This document shows positions 28,424 to 38,166 of a DNA stretch of 64,000 nt, piece by piece. The stretch is from an uncultured Pseudomonadales bacterium (GTDB lineage: Bacteria > Patescibacteriota > Microgenomatia > UBA1400 > PJMF01), in contig CAZKVV010000003.1 of NCBI GenBank assembly GCA_964556485.1, positions 56,610 through 120,609 on the forward strand, given 5' to 3'. Both the position numbers and the translations under genes were made by a program. How positions within the stretch are numbered: the stretch's first letter is position 1; each line of letters starts with the position of its first letter. The notes below the pieces were generated by a model, which had not been told where the DNA came from, made no database searches, and worked only from the letters and a program-made list of their open reading frames with translations.

Positions 28424-29632
28424 ATGCGAGAACATCCAATTCCACAAGACATTACGGGATACCGCTTCCACATTATTGGGAGTATGACTCTCAAGCAATT
28501 TGTGGAGATTTCAATTGGTGTAGTCATTGGCGGCATCATTTATTCAACCAACCTTCCCGCAGTAATCAAGTTTCCGCTCATTCTATTTTCCGTTGCACTC
28601 GGAGGTATGGCTGCTTTTCTACCAATTGAAGACAGGCCGCTTGATCACTGGATCATCACTTTTTTTAGGGTGATGTACAACCCAACTCAATTTTTTTGGA
28701 GACGTGAGCCCAACATTCCCGACTGTTTTAACTTTACTCCCAACGCTCAAACCATGATTCATGAACCAGAAATTGATCTAGGCCCTGCAAAAAAACAACG
28801 TATCCGTGAGTATATGACCTCCGTACCAAATACAGTCGATCCTTTTGCACTCGATGCTTCCGAAAACTCTCGTATTTCATCAATCATGAGTAGTTTTTCA
28901 AGCACTGAGGTGACCTCAGTACAAGTAACACCAACAAAACTTCCTCAACATATATCCGAGAAACCACAACTTGGCGTACGCGTGAGAAGTCTTCGCGCAA
29001 AAGCAAAAGAGAATGTGGTCTTTATAGCTGAAGATGTAGAAATGACAACTACACACGTGCCTACTGGACCACGAATTATTGAGGAAACAGTTAATGGCGT
29101 TGAGACTAATCTTGCCACTCAATATCTCGAAAGAGAACAACTTACTAAGCAATCTCAAAACGTGTCGGAAGTTGCTGGGAATATTGCAATTCCTGCTCTA
29201 GAAGAAATTCATGTTGTTCCCCAAGCAGAAGATGGGACGGTCGCGCCTGCTATCGACACAACCACACAACAAATGATTTTTGATAATTCTCAAGGAATGG
29301 CAATTAGTGAGGGAATAGCCTCAGAAGAAGCGGGTTTTAACACTTCACTACCATTTCCAGAACCTCCAAGTGAACCAAATAAATTAGTGGGCATGGTACT
29401 CAGTCCAACTAATGAATTAATCGTCAATGCTATTGTTGAAATTCAAACACCAACTGGTGCCGTTGCAAGGGCTGTAAAAACCAACACACTTGGTCAATTT
29501 TTCATCACCACTCCTCTCGAGGATGGAGACTATAATTTAGTTGTTGAAAAAGATGGGTACCAGTTTAGCAACCAACATATACAAATAACCGGAGAAATTG
29601 TTCAACCAATAGAAATAAGAAGTCTTGGTTGA
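28424..29632 (+). CDS. PrgI-family (VirB3-like) protein with a C-terminal carboxypeptidase-regulatory-like domain
   Basis: MREHPIPQDITGYRFHIIGSMTLKQF, two TM segments, PIEDRPLDHW; C-terminal G.V...NAIVEI...KTN.LGQF...GDYNL.VEKDGY. Confidence 0.8.
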   Translation: MREHPIPQDITGYRFHIIGSMTLKQFVEISIGVVIGGIIYSTNLPAVIKFPLILFSVALGGMAAFLPIEDRPLDHWIITFFRVMYNPTQFFWRREPNIPDCFNFTPNAQTMIHEPEIDLGPAKKQRIREYMTSVPNTVDPFALDASENSRISSIMSSFSSTEVTSVQVTPTKLPQHISEKPQLGVRVRSLRAKAKENVVFIAEDVEMTTTHVPTGPRIIEETVNGVETNLATQYLEREQLTKQSQNVSEVAGNIAIPALEEIHVVPQAEDGTVAPAIDTTTQQMIFDNSQGMAISEGIASEEAGFNTSLPFPEPPSEPNKLVGMVLSPTNELIVNAIVEIQTPTGAVARAVKTNTLGQFFITTPLEDGDYNLVVEKDGYQFSNQHIQITGEIVQPIEIRSLG

Positions 29633-29665
29633 GACAGTAATAGAAACCAGCTAAGATACTACATA

Positions 29666-31051
29666 ATGAATGAAACCGTTATTCACTCCACTACTCAAAA
29701 ATTTCTCGATATTTTTGATATTACCAATAATTTAGTGATTCTCAAAGACGGTACTACTTCATTAATTATTCAAGTTGATGCTATGAACTTTGGCTTATTA
29801 GCCGAAGAAGAACAAGATAGCATCATGTATGCCTATGCCGGGTTGCTAAACTCACTTAACTACCCGATCCAAATCATCGTACATTCTCAAACCAAAGATG
29901 TAACTGGTTATCTGAGTATCCTAAAGGATCAAGAAGACACTGCCACCAGTAGAGAAAAACAGCAAAGAATTCGCCGCTATCGTGAATTTGTGAGTAATCT
30001 TATTAAAGAACGCAATGTTTTGGATAAAAAATTTTACGTTACCATTTCTGCAACACCTCTCGAGCTTGGTATGATTGCTCCACAGAGTTTTATCCCGGGA
30101 AAAAGTGAAATTAAAATCACTGGTGAAGAGCGCACGGCTGTTATTGAAAAAGCACGTTATATTCTCGAACCAAAACGAGATCATTTACTCGCACAATTTT
30201 CTCGAATTGGACTGTTTTCTCGACAGTTAACCACTCAAGAAATGATTCAGTATTTTTATATTAGTTACAACCCCGAGGCTGCAGAAGGGCAGCAAATCGC
30301 CGATACTAATAATTACACAACACCCATGGTTACGGCAGGTGTTGAAGGAATGTCCTCTATGAACGCAACACAAATTCCAACCCCTATATCACAGGTTGCA
30401 GCAACTGCACCAGCTGAAACTCAAGCAGTAGTACAACCGACAACTCCTGTTGTCGCACCAACGCCAGCAATAGAGCAAGTGGCCGTAGCAGCGCCACCAG
30501 TCCAAGAAGCTCAGCCAGTTTATTCTGCAGCACCTGTTGCCCCAGTACCACTTCCTGTTGAAGCACAGCTCGAGCAGGTTCCTCAGCAACTGTTAGAACA
30601 ACAACCAGAACCTGTCATTCAAATTGAAAGAGCTCCTGTAGATGTGGTGGTTCCTCAATCGCAATCGGGTGCGTACACGCCAACAATGATGACTACCCCC
30701 ATTCCTCTTGAAACACCCACTCCAACTTCGGTGTCACCAGAACCTATTGCCGCTATTCACCATACTGAAACAGCAGCCTCAACAGAGCCAACTGTAGATA
30801 TGAGTGTTGCTCTAAGCACCACTCCGACTGAATTGCCAAAACCAACGCTACCAGCGGGAATGACTACGACTCAACCAATTAGCGCTAGTGCTGTTACTCC
30901 GCAAGCGCCTGTAGAAGTTCAAACACAGACACCTGTTCCTCAAGAAGCTACTGCGCAAGATGCCATTAATACAACGTTGGGACAACTTGGGGGAATATCG
31001 GTGACGCCAGATAATTCAAACGCAACACTTCCTCCACTTCCTGAAATTTAG
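29666..31051 (+). CDS. TraC/VirB4-N-terminal-like T4SS protein with a Pro/Thr-rich tail
   Basis: STTQKFLDI..I.NNLVILKDG...NFGLLAEEEQD..Y..LLNSL.YPIQI; low-complexity C-terminal half. Confidence 0.72.
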   Translation: MNETVIHSTTQKFLDIFDITNNLVILKDGTTSLIIQVDAMNFGLLAEEEQDSIMYAYAGLLNSLNYPIQIIVHSQTKDVTGYLSILKDQEDTATSREKQQRIRRYREFVSNLIKERNVLDKKFYVTISATPLELGMIAPQSFIPGKSEIKITGEERTAVIEKARYILEPKRDHLLAQFSRIGLFSRQLTTQEMIQYFYISYNPEAAEGQQIADTNNYTTPMVTAGVEGMSSMNATQIPTPISQVAATAPAETQAVVQPTTPVVAPTPAIEQVAVAAPPVQEAQPVYSAAPVAPVPLPVEAQLEQVPQQLLEQQPEPVIQIERAPVDVVVPQSQSGAYTPTMMTTPIPLETPTPTSVSPEPIAAIHHTETAASTEPTVDMSVALSTTPTELPKPTLPAGMTTTQPISASAVTPQAPVEVQTQTPVPQEATAQDAINTTLGQLGGISVTPDNSNATLPPLPEI

Positions 31052-31065
31052 TAGAATGAAAAGTA

Positions 31066-33072
31066 ATGCCTAGCTTGCTTAGTTCACTACCTCTTCCTTT
31101 CGGTAAAAAGAAAACCGATACTATTGTGGTAACTCCAGAGCAGCAAAAAGAACAAGTTGAGTTGGAAAAACTCAAGCAATTTTCGCGTGGCTTGGTTACA
31201 ATTCAAGACATCATTGCTCCGGAAGCCATTGAGGTCGACTTCACCTTTCAAAAAATCAACGACACCTATTCAAGAACGCTCTTTGTTTCCGGCTATCCTC
31301 GCTCGGTGCCAGCCAACTGGTTGTCCCCGCTCATCAACTTCCCACATCAACTAAGCGTGTCAATGTTTGTCTATCCTGTTGATTCTGGTGAAATTCTCGA
31401 CAACCTCAAACGTAAAATCACTGAAATGGAGGCTGAAATTCAGTCTGACCTCCGGGCTGGAAAAATCAGTAATATTAATACTGAAGTGAAGCTCGAGGAT
31501 GCTCGGTTTATTCGAGAAGAACTCGCTAAAGGCTCGGAGCGCTTCTTCCAATTTGGTCTCTACGTTACGATTACAGCAAATGACAAAGATGAACTCGATC
31601 GCGTTACCAAGAGTATTCAATCAACACTTGGAGCCATGTTGATTGTTTCTAAAAAAGCCACTCTCCAGATGGACGATGGCTTCAAAACAACCCTTCCTAT
31701 GGGCGTAGACAAGTTGATGGTGACGCGAAACATGGACACCACTTCTTTAGCAACCACGTTCCCATTCACTTCCAGTGAACTCACTATGGAAACGGGTATT
31801 ATGTACGGCATTAACGAACATAATGATTCTTTAGTTATCTTCGACCGTTTTAAAATGGAAAATGCCAATATGGTGATCTTTGCTAAGTCTGGTGCGGGTA
31901 AATCCTACACGGTGAAGTTAGAAATCTTGCGCCAACTAATGTTTGGGGCTGAAGTCATCGTGCTCGATCCAGAACATGAGTACGAAGATCTATCTCAGGC
32001 GGTTAGTGGCGAGTATATAAATTTCACCTTCAGTTCTTCAGCAAAAATTAACCCTTTCGATCTCTCCAACCTCTATGAAGAAGGCGAAAACGAGTTGGGT
32101 CAAAAAATTATTTCAATTCATGGACTGCTTAAAGTGATGTTGGGCGAAATGACCGCACAACAAGATGCAATGCTCGACCGAGCTCTAGTTGCAGCGTACA
32201 AGGCTAAAGGCATCACTCCCGATCCAGCCACCCAAACCAACGAGCCGCCACTCATGGAGGATGTGTATAAAGCCTTAATTGGTATGGAAGATCAAGAATC
32301 AAATGACATCGCTGCCCGGTTAGAAAAATATATTACTGGTTCATTCAGGGGTATTTTTGACCAAAAATCAAATGTAAGCTTTAATAATCAATTGACTGTT
32401 TTTTCTGTGAAAGAAATGGAAGAGGCAATGCGACCAATTGCTATGTATATGATTCTAGATTTCATCTGGACCCGTGTTAAAAAAGACCTCAAAAAGCGTT
32501 TGCTCATTGTTGATGAGGCTTGGTACTTTATGAAGCATCCTGATTCAGCTTCATTTATTCACTCAATGGTTAAACGTGCACGTAAATACTATTTAGGAAT
32601 TACCACCATCACTCAAGATGTAGAAGACTTTTTGCATAATGATTACGGCAGAGCAATTGTTACAAACGCCTCGATCCAATTTTTGATGAAGCAATCTACT
32701 GCTTCAGTGCCAATTCTGGCAGAAACATTCTATCTTTCTCAAGGTGAGCGCCAGCTTCTCGTCACAGCAGATGTGGGTGAGGGCATTTTCTTTGCTGGCC
32801 AAAATCATGTAGCTCTTCGTGTTGTTGCCTCTGACGAAGAACATCAACTTATTACTACCAATCCTGAAGAAGTGTTTAAGCGTCAACAATTAATCAAAGC
32901 TCAAGCTGCCGCAGAGGCTGCACCTCAACAATCAACCCGCCCACAACCTTCAGCTGCCACCAGAGCACCCCAAACACAGCAGGTGCTGCAACAAAAAATG
33001 CAGCCAACTACTGACACCAGTTTGCCAAAACAACTCAATACCATTAATGACTACATTCCGCCTGAAAACTAA
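31066..33072 (+). CDS. virB4: VirB4/TraC-like T4SS ATPase
   Basis: Walker A AKSGAGKS, LDPEHEY, INPFD, Walker B LIVDEAW, RARKY and ITQDVEDF. Confidence 0.88.
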   Translation: MPSLLSSLPLPFGKKKTDTIVVTPEQQKEQVELEKLKQFSRGLVTIQDIIAPEAIEVDFTFQKINDTYSRTLFVSGYPRSVPANWLSPLINFPHQLSVSMFVYPVDSGEILDNLKRKITEMEAEIQSDLRAGKISNINTEVKLEDARFIREELAKGSERFFQFGLYVTITANDKDELDRVTKSIQSTLGAMLIVSKKATLQMDDGFKTTLPMGVDKLMVTRNMDTTSLATTFPFTSSELTMETGIMYGINEHNDSLVIFDRFKMENANMVIFAKSGAGKSYTVKLEILRQLMFGAEVIVLDPEHEYEDLSQAVSGEYINFTFSSSAKINPFDLSNLYEEGENELGQKIISIHGLLKVMLGEMTAQQDAMLDRALVAAYKAKGITPDPATQTNEPPLMEDVYKALIGMEDQESNDIAARLEKYITGSFRGIFDQKSNVSFNNQLTVFSVKEMEEAMRPIAMYMILDFIWTRVKKDLKKRLLIVDEAWYFMKHPDSASFIHSMVKRARKYYLGITTITQDVEDFLHNDYGRAIVTNASIQFLMKQSTASVPILAETFYLSQGERQLLVTADVGEGIFFAGQNHVALRVVASDEEHQLITTNPEEVFKRQQLIKAQAAAEAAPQQSTRPQPSAATRAPQTQQVLQQKMQPTTDTSLPKQLNTINDYIPPEN

Positions 33073-33114
33073 AATCTAACTCCTATCTTTCAAGCTATTC
33101 TTCCCCTTGCATTG

Positions 33115-33135
33115 TGTGGAAAACTTTGTGTATAA
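33115..33135. promoter_or_regulatory. Two DnaA boxes upstream of dnaA
   Basis: TGTGGAAAA (33115-33123) and TGTGTATAA (33127-33135). Confidence 0.65.
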
Positions 33136-33189
33136 AGAACTCGAACTACTCTGCCCCCACACTATTGTTTCAGATAAGAATATGACTCT

Positions 33190-34788
33190 ATGACACAAGC
33201 TCACAGTATTACTTTTGCACAAGTACGGCAAATTTGGAAACAAGCCTGTGCTGAACTCCAGCTCCAACTTTCTCCGGCGGTATACAGCACTTGGATTGTC
33301 TCCAATCCTTTAACCCAGCTCACTTACTTGAATGAAACTGAAGCTCTCGCAACAATTACCAGCCCAACGGCGTTCCATTCCACAAATCTCAAAAAGAACT
33401 TACATTTACAGCTTAAGCAAGCCTTAGACAAGCATACGAGCCGAAACTGTAACATCGAGTATAAAATTGGTGATCCAGCTCATGCCTCAAATCAAGCTGC
33501 CGAGCAGCAAGGCTTCTCGCCCATGTCAGCCCAATTAAAACCTGAGCCACCCTCTTTTGACAATTTTTCACCGCCAAACAATCAATTTCAGCAGCAGGCG
33601 GGGATGTATCAACAACAATCAAACACGTATCAGCAGCAGCCTCAGCAATCGGGAAATAGTAACTACAACCAGGGACAATCTCCTAGAGTAGATGAATTAT
33701 TTTCAGAATCTGCGCTTTCAAGCGTCGCGACTGATCGTCTTGGGGCAATTGCTCGAAGAGTAGGCCTTCGTACCGATTACACTTTTGAAACCTTCGCAGT
33801 CTCAACCACTAATGAAATGGCGCATGCAGCAGCTACTGCTGTCTCTCACAGGCCTGGAGAAGCCTACAATCCCTTGTTCTTTTATGGTGGTGTTGGTGTG
33901 GGAAAAACTCATTTAATGCACGCCATTGGCAATAATATTTTACGGAACAACCCAAACTCTAAAATTATTTACTCGACTGGTGAAGAATTCACAAATGAAA
34001 TTGTTGATGCCATTCGAACAAAAAAAGCGGTCGATTTTAAATCAAAGTTCCGTTCGGCAGACGTATTATTGATTGATGATATTCAGTTTATTGCTGGTAA
34101 AAATGCGGTCCAGGAAGAATTTTTTCACACCTTCAATGCGCTTATTAAACAACTTCGCCAGGTTATTTTAACTTCTGACAGACCTCCTCACGAAATTACG
34201 CTACTTGAGGATAGACTAAGGTCTCGTTTCGAAGCAGGTCTCATGATTGATATCGGCCAGCCTTCCTTTGAACTCAGAACTGCCATCTTACTAGTCAAGG
34301 CCAAGGCAGCAAAACTTCCGATTACCATGGAAATTGCCAAAACGATTGCTTCTCAAGTAGAAAGCGCCCGTAAAATAGAGGGGATTATCACCAGCATCAG
34401 ATCTGAGGTAGAATTGAAAGGTAAGTCAATCACACCTCAGCTCATTCAAGATCTGCTGCAGGTAGAGATTGTAGAAAAGCGACCACCTATTAGAGTGACG
34501 CCTTCAGAAATAATTAGAACTGTAGCAAACCACTACAAACTAAAGCAAACAGCCATTAAAGGCACAAGAAGATCAAAATCACTAGTAACCGCGCGACATA
34601 TTGCGATGTATCTACTAAAAGAAGATTTGTCATTACCGCTAACTGAAATTGGAAAATGGTTCTCAGGAAGAGATCACACGAGCGTTTTGCATGCAGTGAA
34701 TAAGATTGACAAAGAACAGTCTATAGATGAACAGTTGCAGCAAGACATCTCTGCGCTTCGGATGACCTTAACAGCCATCTCGAGGTAA
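33190..34788 (+). CDS. dnaA: Chromosomal replication initiator DnaA
   Basis: YNPLFFYGGVGVGKTHL, LLIDDIQF, QEEFFHTFN, RLRSRF and GRDHTSV motifs. Confidence 0.98.
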   Translation: MTQAHSITFAQVRQIWKQACAELQLQLSPAVYSTWIVSNPLTQLTYLNETEALATITSPTAFHSTNLKKNLHLQLKQALDKHTSRNCNIEYKIGDPAHASNQAAEQQGFSPMSAQLKPEPPSFDNFSPPNNQFQQQAGMYQQQSNTYQQQPQQSGNSNYNQGQSPRVDELFSESALSSVATDRLGAIARRVGLRTDYTFETFAVSTTNEMAHAAATAVSHRPGEAYNPLFFYGGVGVGKTHLMHAIGNNILRNNPNSKIIYSTGEEFTNEIVDAIRTKKAVDFKSKFRSADVLLIDDIQFIAGKNAVQEEFFHTFNALIKQLRQVILTSDRPPHEITLLEDRLRSRFEAGLMIDIGQPSFELRTAILLVKAKAAKLPITMEIAKTIASQVESARKIEGIITSIRSEVELKGKSITPQLIQDLLQVEIVEKRPPIRVTPSEIIRTVANHYKLKQTAIKGTRRSKSLVTARHIAMYLLKEDLSLPLTEIGKWFSGRDHTSVLHAVNKIDKEQSIDEQLQQDISALRMTLTAISR

Positions 34789-35060
34789 AGCAGTTATCCA
34801 CAGTTGTGGATAAATATGAGGAAAAGTGAGTGCATCGACTGTGAATTACTGTGAATAAAAAATGCCATTGTGTACAAGTGCCTGAAAGTTTTAAGCTCCG
34901 TCCACAGTAGTGTCGCATATTTCTTCACATCGGCTTAAGGCTTGTATACACAGACAATTAACATCGTTTAACTTGATTAAAAAGAGGTATTTATCCCCGA
35001 TTTTGTAACTACCTACTACTACAACAACAAGATATATATAGAATATATAGAGAGCGCCAC
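34789..35060. other. oriC: DnaA boxes, DnaA-trios and an AT-rich unwinding element
   Basis: TTATCCACA (34794), TGTGGATAA (34805), TGTGAATAA (34850) and several near-matches; TTATCCCCG followed by CTAC-CTACTACTACAACAACAAG and ATATATATAGAATATATAG. Lies between dnaA and dnaN. Confidence 0.88.
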
Positions 35061-36170
35061 ATGAAACTACATATCTTACAAGAAAACTTAGTATTGGGTT
35101 TATCCCACGTAGCGAAAGCGATTCCTTCGAATCCACAGTTACCGATTCTTTCGGCAGTGCTGTTGGAAGTGACAGATACTGCATGTACCCTTTCAGCAAC
35201 AGATTTATATTTTGGCGTTAAAGTGCAACTACAAGCATCTGTTAAAGAAGCGGGTACTGTTGCTATTCCGGGAAAACAGTTTAAAGAGCTTATTTCTTCT
35301 CTACCTCCAGGAAAGCTTGAACTAGTATTTGAAAACGGCACATTGCATATTGTTTCCGAGCGATCTAAAACAAGACTCCAGTGTCCTGCTTCGGAAGAAT
35401 ATCCACAGTTTCCTCTAGTAACCGGCATTAAAGTTAAGTTCGCCACCAGTGAATTTGAAACAATCGATCAATTGGTAAGCTTCTCTGCCTCGACAGACCA
35501 AGCTCGGCCGGTGTTGACAGCGGTGTTGTTAGATGCTGGTGAAACAGGCTTCAAAGCGGTAGCAACAGATGGTTTTAGGTTAAGTGTATATGAGCTGGTG
35601 AAAACGAGTACTACATTGCCTGCAAAGCTACTTATCCAAGCAAAGGCGTTGCAAGAAGTTACCCGTATTGCTAAGAGCGTTGGTGCAGTAGAAGTTTCAT
35701 TTATAGTTTCTGAAGAATTGAAGCAAGTATATTTCTCTCTTTCTGAAGTCGAAGTCTATGTTCGTTTGCTCGATGGAGAGTTCCCTCCATATCAAAAAAT
35801 AGTTCCATCTGTTTTTACCACAGAAGTCTGGCTGGATGGCGCTGAACTAGAAGATCAAATCAAGCGAGCAAATATTTTTGCTAGAGATGCCTCGAACATT
35901 ATTAAATTAGAAGTTGCTGCAGATAAAGTTACACTTTCAGCAACTTCGCCGACACTAGGAACCTTTAGTGGCGACATCCAGTCTGCAGTTGTCACCGGCA
36001 ACCCTTTAGAAATCGCCTTCAATACTAAATATGTACTCGATATTTTAAAGGCAACGGGTAAAGGTAAAACTTGGTTGGGAATGAGTGACAGTTTAAAACC
36101 AGTACTTTGTAAGGCTGAAGATGCGCCCCAAGCCTATTACGTTATCATGCCATTTAAAGTCACTAAATAG
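35061..36170 (+). CDS. dnaN: DNA polymerase III beta clamp
   Basis: LSATDL, VATDGFRL, RLLDGEFPPY, IAFNTKY and VIMP motifs. Confidence 0.97.
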   Translation: MKLHILQENLVLGLSHVAKAIPSNPQLPILSAVLLEVTDTACTLSATDLYFGVKVQLQASVKEAGTVAIPGKQFKELISSLPPGKLELVFENGTLHIVSERSKTRLQCPASEEYPQFPLVTGIKVKFATSEFETIDQLVSFSASTDQARPVLTAVLLDAGETGFKAVATDGFRLSVYELVKTSTTLPAKLLIQAKALQEVTRIAKSVGAVEVSFIVSEELKQVYFSLSEVEVYVRLLDGEFPPYQKIVPSVFTTEVWLDGAELEDQIKRANIFARDASNIIKLEVAADKVTLSATSPTLGTFSGDIQSAVVTGNPLEIAFNTKYVLDILKATGKGKTWLGMSDSLKPVLCKAEDAPQAYYVIMPFKVTK

Positions 36171-36210
36171 GCTGTTCTCAAATCAAGAACTGCTGGTATA
36201 ATGACCCCCT

Positions 36211-36360
36211 ATGCCAAAACGAACATGGAATCCTAAAAAAGGCAAACGACTTCGCAAACACGGTTTTCTTAAAAGACTGAGCTCTATTGGTGGGCTTAAC
36301 GTTCTTAAGAGAAGACGTGCAAAAGGACGTTCTCGTCTTGCAGTTGCTAAGAAAAAATAA
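36211..36360 (+). CDS. rpmH: 50S ribosomal protein L34
   Basis: Manual translation: [49 protein letters not shown]. Confidence 0.95.
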   Translation: MPKRTWNPKKGKRLRKHGFLKRLSSIGGLNVLKRRRAKGRSRLAVAKKK

Positions 36361-36368
36361 CACTAATC

Positions 36369-36704
36369 ATGCTGCCAAAGCAGTATTCTTTTGTACTACG
36401 TCAAGATAGGAGCTTTTTTCAGAAGGCTCGTAGGTCTTTTTCGTCACATTTCACTTTTTTCTTTCAAGATGTCACTAGTCACACTTCTCAAGTAATTGTA
36501 CTTGTTTCTAAAAAGGTATCTACAAAAGCAACAACGAGAAATGCATTGAAGAGAATGGTATACAGTACTCTCGAACCTCTTATTGAGGAACAAGGAAAAC
36601 ACCTGAAAGTTGTGGTGGTACCAAAAGCAAGCGCTCTACACCTTCAAAAAACAGCGATGCAGGCAGAACTCTCGGAGTGGTATCACAAACAAACGATGGC
36701 TTAA
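36369..36704 (+). CDS. rnpA: Ribonuclease P protein component
   Basis: VSKKVSTKATTRNALKR (RNR motif); follows rpmH. Confidence 0.9.
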   Translation: MLPKQYSFVLRQDRSFFQKARRSFSSHFTFFFQDVTSHTSQVIVLVSKKVSTKATTRNALKRMVYSTLEPLIEEQGKHLKVVVVPKASALHLQKTAMQAELSEWYHKQTMA

Positions 36705-36707
36705 AAT

Positions 36708-36914
36708 ATGAAAAACGCTGGATACAGACTGACATTTCTACTCTATCAAATAGTTAGAAGTTTTAGATATAGTATGCTATCAAGTGTTTTTGGGAATGTT
36801 TCTCACTGCAAACATTCGCCAAGTTGCGGAACCTACACAATTAGAGCAGTGCAAAAAGATGGATTAGCAAAAGGATTACTTAAAGGAGCCTGGCGAGTTG
36901 CTCGCTGTTGGTAA
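36708..36914 (+). CDS. yidD: Membrane protein insertion efficiency factor YidD (short form)
   Basis: CKHSPSCGTY...G..KG...G.WRVARC; conserved gene order. Confidence 0.82.
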   Translation: MKNAGYRLTFLLYQIVRSFRYSMLSSVFGNVSHCKHSPSCGTYTIRAVQKDGLAKGLLKGAWRVARCW

Positions 36915-36922
36915 AATTAGTT

Positions 36923-37678
36923 ATGCAGATGTTCACCGATATATTTATTCAGTTATTAACTTTTCTCAATCAGGTTACAGGTAGTTTGGGTTTAGCCATT
37001 ATTGTCTTTACCTTTTTAATTCGCGCTGCTCTAGTACCTGTTTCTCTCCCCTCTCTCAAAGCTGCTCACAAAATGAAAACTTTGCAGCCTGAAATTAAAA
37101 AACTCAAGCAAAAGCATGGAAAAGACACAAAAGCATTCCAGCAAGCTCAGCTCGATCTTTACAAAAAATATAATGTTAATCCCCTAGCAGGATGTATTCC
37201 TCAATTAGCACAGCTCGCAGTTCTTATTTTCTTATACCAAGCACTTATGAAGTTTCTAAAAGGTGCTGAAGGCGGCATCTCAACAGACTTTCTTTGGTTC
37301 AACTTAAGTCATCCAGATAAAACATATATACTTCCGGTGTTAGCAGGTCTTAGTCAATTGGTGCTTTCTGTCATGATCGCACCCGGCGCGGAAAAGAAGG
37401 ATGAAGTTCCAAACGACAGTAAAAGAAAAAAAGTGCAAAAAGAAAATGAAAAAGAAGAGGATATGGCTGAAATGGCTCAATCAATGCAGCAACAGATGCT
37501 GTTCATTATGCCAATCATGACTGGTATTTTTGCCTTAAATTTCCCTGCAGGCATGGCTATGTACTGGGTTATCACCACTCTCTTTAGTATTGGTCAACAG
37601 TATTACGTTTCTGGCTGGGGTGGCTTAGTCACCTACACTAAGCGAGTAATCACATTAGTACGAGTAAAAAAACAGTAG
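36923..37678 (+). CDS. yidC: Membrane protein insertase YidC
   Basis: GLAIIVFT.LIR, LQPEIKKL, YKKYNVNPLAGCIP and FPAGMAMYW motifs. Confidence 0.95.
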   Translation: MQMFTDIFIQLLTFLNQVTGSLGLAIIVFTFLIRAALVPVSLPSLKAAHKMKTLQPEIKKLKQKHGKDTKAFQQAQLDLYKKYNVNPLAGCIPQLAQLAVLIFLYQALMKFLKGAEGGISTDFLWFNLSHPDKTYILPVLAGLSQLVLSVMIAPGAEKKDEVPNDSKRKKVQKENEKEEDMAEMAQSMQQQMLFIMPIMTGIFALNFPAGMAMYWVITTLFSIGQQYYVSGWGGLVTYTKRVITLVRVKKQ

Positions 37679-37698
37679 TTTCAATAAAAGGACATCAT

Positions 37699-38163
37699 AT
37701 GACAATCGAAACCTTTTTATCCCAATTAGCAGAACACTGTGGCGTTGCCGCGAGTGATGTTTCTGTAGCAGTAGAAAAAGAAGAAGAATATATTCGTGTA
37801 ATTCTCACCGTTCCAGCCGATGATTCTGGATTATTTATTGGGTATCATGGCGAGACACTCGATTCTGTGCAAAGAATGGTAAGAATCATTTTTCAACAAG
37901 AATATCCAGATCACAAAATCATGGTTAATGTGAATGAATATCGAGAACAACGAGAGGAAAAGTTGCGAGAAATCACCCAATCGGTAGCGTTGCGCGTGTT
38001 GGAAAGCGGCGTGCCATATACGTTTAATTCCTTTTTCCCAGCTCACGAGCGGTTTGTCATTCACTCATTTTTATCTTCAAATGAAGCATTTTCTGGCTTA
38101 GAGAGTGTATCCGAAGGTGATGGCAAAGACAGAAAACTAACCATTCGATTAAAGACTGAATAA
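37699..38163 (+). CDS. Jag/KhpB-like KH-R3H RNA-binding protein (no N-terminal Jag domain)
   Basis: GLFIGYHGETLDSVQ (KH) and ERFVIH...S.SEG.G..R (R3H); follows yidC. Confidence 0.85.
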   Translation: MTIETFLSQLAEHCGVAASDVSVAVEKEEEYIRVILTVPADDSGLFIGYHGETLDSVQRMVRIIFQQEYPDHKIMVNVNEYREQREEKLREITQSVALRVLESGVPYTFNSFFPAHERFVIHSFLSSNEAFSGLESVSEGDGKDRKLTIRLKTE

Positions 38164-38166
38164 CCT

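Noticed and set aside
7730-33072. Integrative conjugative element or prophage
   Set aside because: No integrase, relaxase, att-like direct repeats or phage structural genes are visible. The region abuts dnaA and uses the same promoter style as core genes.
35005-35050. Microsatellite or CRISPR-like repeat
   Set aside because: The trinucleotide run is explained as DnaA-trios plus the AT-rich element of oriC. No repeat-spacer array was seen anywhere in the window.
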